A stretch of 64,000 bases of DNA, from contig CAXXLX010000001.1 in the NCBI GenBank assembly GCA_963665235.2, forward strand, positions 2,528,001-2,592,000, given 5' to 3'. Shown here in pieces: positions 61,228 through 64,000 of the stretch. This DNA comes from Candidatus Poribacteria bacterium. Its GTDB lineage: Bacteria > Poribacteria > WGA-4E > WGA-3G. Each line of letters starts with the position of its first letter. Within the stretch, counting starts at the first letter, position 1. The notes under the pieces were generated by a model. It had not been told where the DNA came from. It made no database searches and worked only from the letters and a program-made list of their open reading frames with translations. A program made the position numbers and the translations under genes.

Positions 61228-62700
61228 TGTCTTCAGTCCAGTATGGACGCTATATTTATAGAAACCCGCGTGAACACCCTCTTGAACCCCGTAGGGGTGA
61301 TATGTGAACACATCAGTTTGGGCATCACAATATGTCGTTCCTATTTCTTCAGTCCCAGTATTCGGGCAAACGGTTTCCCGCTCCTCAGGGACGCTATGTT
61401 TATAGAAAAGCGTGTGAACATAGTCTTGAATCCCGTAGGGGTGATATGTGAACACATCAGTTTGTGCGTCACAATAGGTCGCTCCTATTTCTTCAGTCCC
61501 AGTATGGACGCTATATTTATAGAAAATCGCGTGAACACCCAGTCTTGAACCCCGTAGGGGTGATATGTGAACACATCAGTTTGGGCGTCACAATATGTCG
61601 TTCCTATTTCTTCAGTCCAGTATGGACGCTATATTTATAGAAAACACCGTGAACACCCTCTTGAACCCCGTAGGGGTGATATGTGAACACATCAGTTTGG
61701 GCATCACAACAGGTCGCTCCTATTTCTTCAGTCCCAGTATTCGGGCAAACGGTTTCCCGCTCCTCAGGGACGCTATATTTATAGAAAACGTGTGAACATA
61801 GTCTTGAACCCCGTAGGGGTGATATGTGAACACATCAGTTTGGGCATCACAACAGGTCGCTCCTATTTCTTCAGTCCAGTATGGACGCATTTATAGAAAA
61901 CATCGTGAACCTCGTCTTGAACCCCGTAGGGGTGATATGTGAACGCATTAGTTTGGGCATCACAATATGTCGTTCCTATTTCTTCAGTATATTTATAGAA
62001 AACATCGTGAACACCGTCTTGAACCCCGTAGGGGTGATATGTCAACGCATTAGTTTGGGCATCACAATATGTCGTTCCTATTTCTTCAGTCCAGTATGGA
62101 CGCTATATTTATAGAAAAGCGCGTGTTTCTTCAGTCCAGTATGGACGCTATATTTATAGAAAATCGTATGAACACCCTCTTGAACCCCGTAGGGGTGATA
62201 TGTCAACGCATTAGTTTGTGCATCACAATATGTCGCTCCTATTTCTTCAGTCCAGTATGGACGCTATATTTATAGAAAATCGCGTGTTTCTTCAGTCCAG
62301 TATGGACGCTATATTTATAGAAAAATCGTATGAACACCGTCTTGAACCCCGTAGGGGTGATATGTCAACGCATTAGTTTGGTTGGGCATCACAATATGTC
62401 GCTCCTCCCGTATGGACGCTATATTTATAGAAAATCGCGTGTTTCTTCAGTCCAGTATGGACGCTATATTTATAGAAAATCGTATGAACACCCTCTTGAA
62501 CCCCGTAGGGGTGATATGTGAACGCATTAGTTTGGGCATCACAATATGTCGCTCCTCCCGTATGGACGCTATATTTATAGAAAAGCGCGTGTTTCTTCAG
62601 TCCAGTATGGACGCTATATTTATAGAAAACATCGTGAACCTCGTCTTGAACCCCGTAGGGGTGATATGTCAACGCATTAGTCTGAAAGTTTATGCTACAC
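61228..62700. repeat. Composite REP-like tandem array (~1.45 kb)
   Basis: 11 copies of CCCGTAGGGGTGATATGT alternating with CCAGTATGGACGCTATATTTATAGAAA modules. Confidence 0.9.
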
Positions 62701-62746
62701 ATCGGGGTGATAAACCCCACCAACAACTAACGAAGGAGTTTCTTTC

Positions 62747-63559
62747 ATGAAAACCCAATCTTTCAAATCTTTTAGCGGAAAAATTACTTTCGCCTTACTC
62801 ATTCTTGCCTGTTGCTTCGGTTTCACAGCGATAAGTTACGGGCAAGCGATTATCTCTTTACAACCAGCAACGATTGCAGTGCCGCAAGTCGGTAAATCCT
62901 TCACTGTGGAAGTGAACATCGCTGGCGGCAAAGGCATGGCTGGCTATCAGGTAGCTGTAGCATTCGATCCGACAGTGGTGAAGTATATCTCTGCTGCAGA
63001 TGCCGGTTATCTCAATTCAGAAGTTTTCGCTGTGCCGTTACTAGAAGCTGAGCAGACCACCTTTGTCGTTGCTGCACTTGGCGGCACTGCCACAAAAACC
63101 CTCGGCACCCTTGCCACAATGACGTTTGAAGTGCTAAAACCGAACCCCTTTAAAAGTTTTCACCTGACAGAAGTTATCTTAGCAGACGCGGATGCGGAGG
63201 TGATGGGTGTGAGATTTATACAAAACAACGTCAACCGCGCCGAGCTAACAACCCCGATGCCAGCTAACCACACATCGCTTATGCCGAACTATCCGAACCC
63301 GTTCAACCCGGAGACATGGATACCGTATCAGTTGGCTACGCCAGCGGATGTAACGTTGACCATCTTTAGTTCAGATGGGCAGTTAGTTCGAACATTGGCA
63401 TTAGGACATCAACCTGCGGGTGTGTATCAGCATAAGACCCGTGCTGCATATTGGGATGGCAGGAACGACATCGGTGAACGCGTTGCCAGCGGTTTATACT
63501 TCTATACCCTCACCGCGGGCGACTTCGCTGCCACCGGAAAAATGCTAATCCTGAAATAA
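62747..63559 (+). CDS. Secreted cohesin-like protein with C-terminal FlgD-Ig/T9SS-like domain
   Basis: NYPNPFNPETWIPYQL, WDGRN..GERVASGLYFY and KMLILK motifs. Confidence 0.88.
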   Translation: MKTQSFKSFSGKITFALLILACCFGFTAISYGQAIISLQPATIAVPQVGKSFTVEVNIAGGKGMAGYQVAVAFDPTVVKYISAADAGYLNSEVFAVPLLEAEQTTFVVAALGGTATKTLGTLATMTFEVLKPNPFKSFHLTEVILADADAEVMGVRFIQNNVNRAELTTPMPANHTSLMPNYPNPFNPETWIPYQLATPADVTLTIFSSDGQLVRTLALGHQPAGVYQHKTRAAYWDGRNDIGERVASGLYFYTLTAGDFAATGKMLILK

Positions 63560-63573
63560 AAGGAGTTATTTTG

Positions 63574-64000
63574 ATGAAAAAACTATTTCAGAAGCAGCTG
63601 CTTTACGCCTGCTTAATAACAGTCCTCTGTTTTGGCATCACGGCACTAAGTTATGGGCAAGCCGTGGTCTCCATAAACCCCGCAGAGGTGGTGTCCCCCG
63701 CCGTGGGACAGCAGATGACGGTTACGATTAAAATAGCCAAAGGCACGCGTGTCGCCGGCTACGACTTAACAATACGGTATGATACAACTGCCCTGCAATA
63801 CGTTGAAATCACGAACAGCACGTATCTTCCGACAGGTGCGTTTGTTGCCCCGGCGGTGGTGTCCAGTGGCCGCATCATATTTGCGGCGACCTCGTTATCG
63901 GGAGCCGTAACTGCCAGTAGTGGCACCTTGGCAACGCTCAAATTCCAAGTGGTTGCGGTGAAAAAATCCACACTCCAACTCACTGATGTTGTCCTCACCG
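63574..64000 (+). CDS. Secreted cohesin-like protein (runs off window)
   Basis: Manual translation MKKLFQKQLLYACLITVLCFGITALSYGQAVVSINPA...YDTTALQYV...GTLATLKFQV. RBS AAGGAG. Confidence 0.85.
   Translation, partial: MKKLFQKQLLYACLITVLCFGITALSYGQAVVSINPAEVVSPAVGQQMTVTIKIAKGTRVAGYDLTIRYDTTALQYVEITNSTYLPTGAFVAPAVVSSGRIIFAATSLSGAVTASSGTLATLKFQVVAVKKSTLQLTDVVLT

Noticed and set aside
61228-62700. CRISPR array or real ORFs
   Set aside because: Inter-repeat segments are copies of each other, and the ORFs are translations of the repeats.

Overview
Bacterial chromosomal window using the standard code, with many genes ending in TGA. The gene content resembles Candidatus Poribacteria (inference): PD40 propellers, TPR proteins, cohesin and 'NYPNPFNPETWIPYQL' proteins, a DUF6785 membrane protein, phytanoyl-CoA dioxygenase and sugar isomerases. 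About 45 genes are interspersed with many REP and MITE-type elements. Main signals missed by the ORF track: (1) a secreted beta-barrel-like gene (960-2033, minus) whose frame runs through two in-frame TGA codons forming a U-G-A-U motif just after the signal peptide, followed by a SECIS-like hairpin, i.e. a candidate double-selenocysteine outer-membrane protein; (2) a 1170-aa Hsp70 fused to an EVE/McrB-N-like domain and HEAT-like repeats, preceded by a GrpE-like gene and close to a beta-CASP nuclease, i.e. a candidate defence system; (3) a promoter-driven structured non-coding RNA present twice, each copy ending exactly at a transposon-type terminal repeat; (4) a 484-bp protein-free IS200/IS605-type element carrying its own promoter and a stem-rich RNA; (5) several MITEs with visible target-site duplications, one of which splits a PIN toxin gene.
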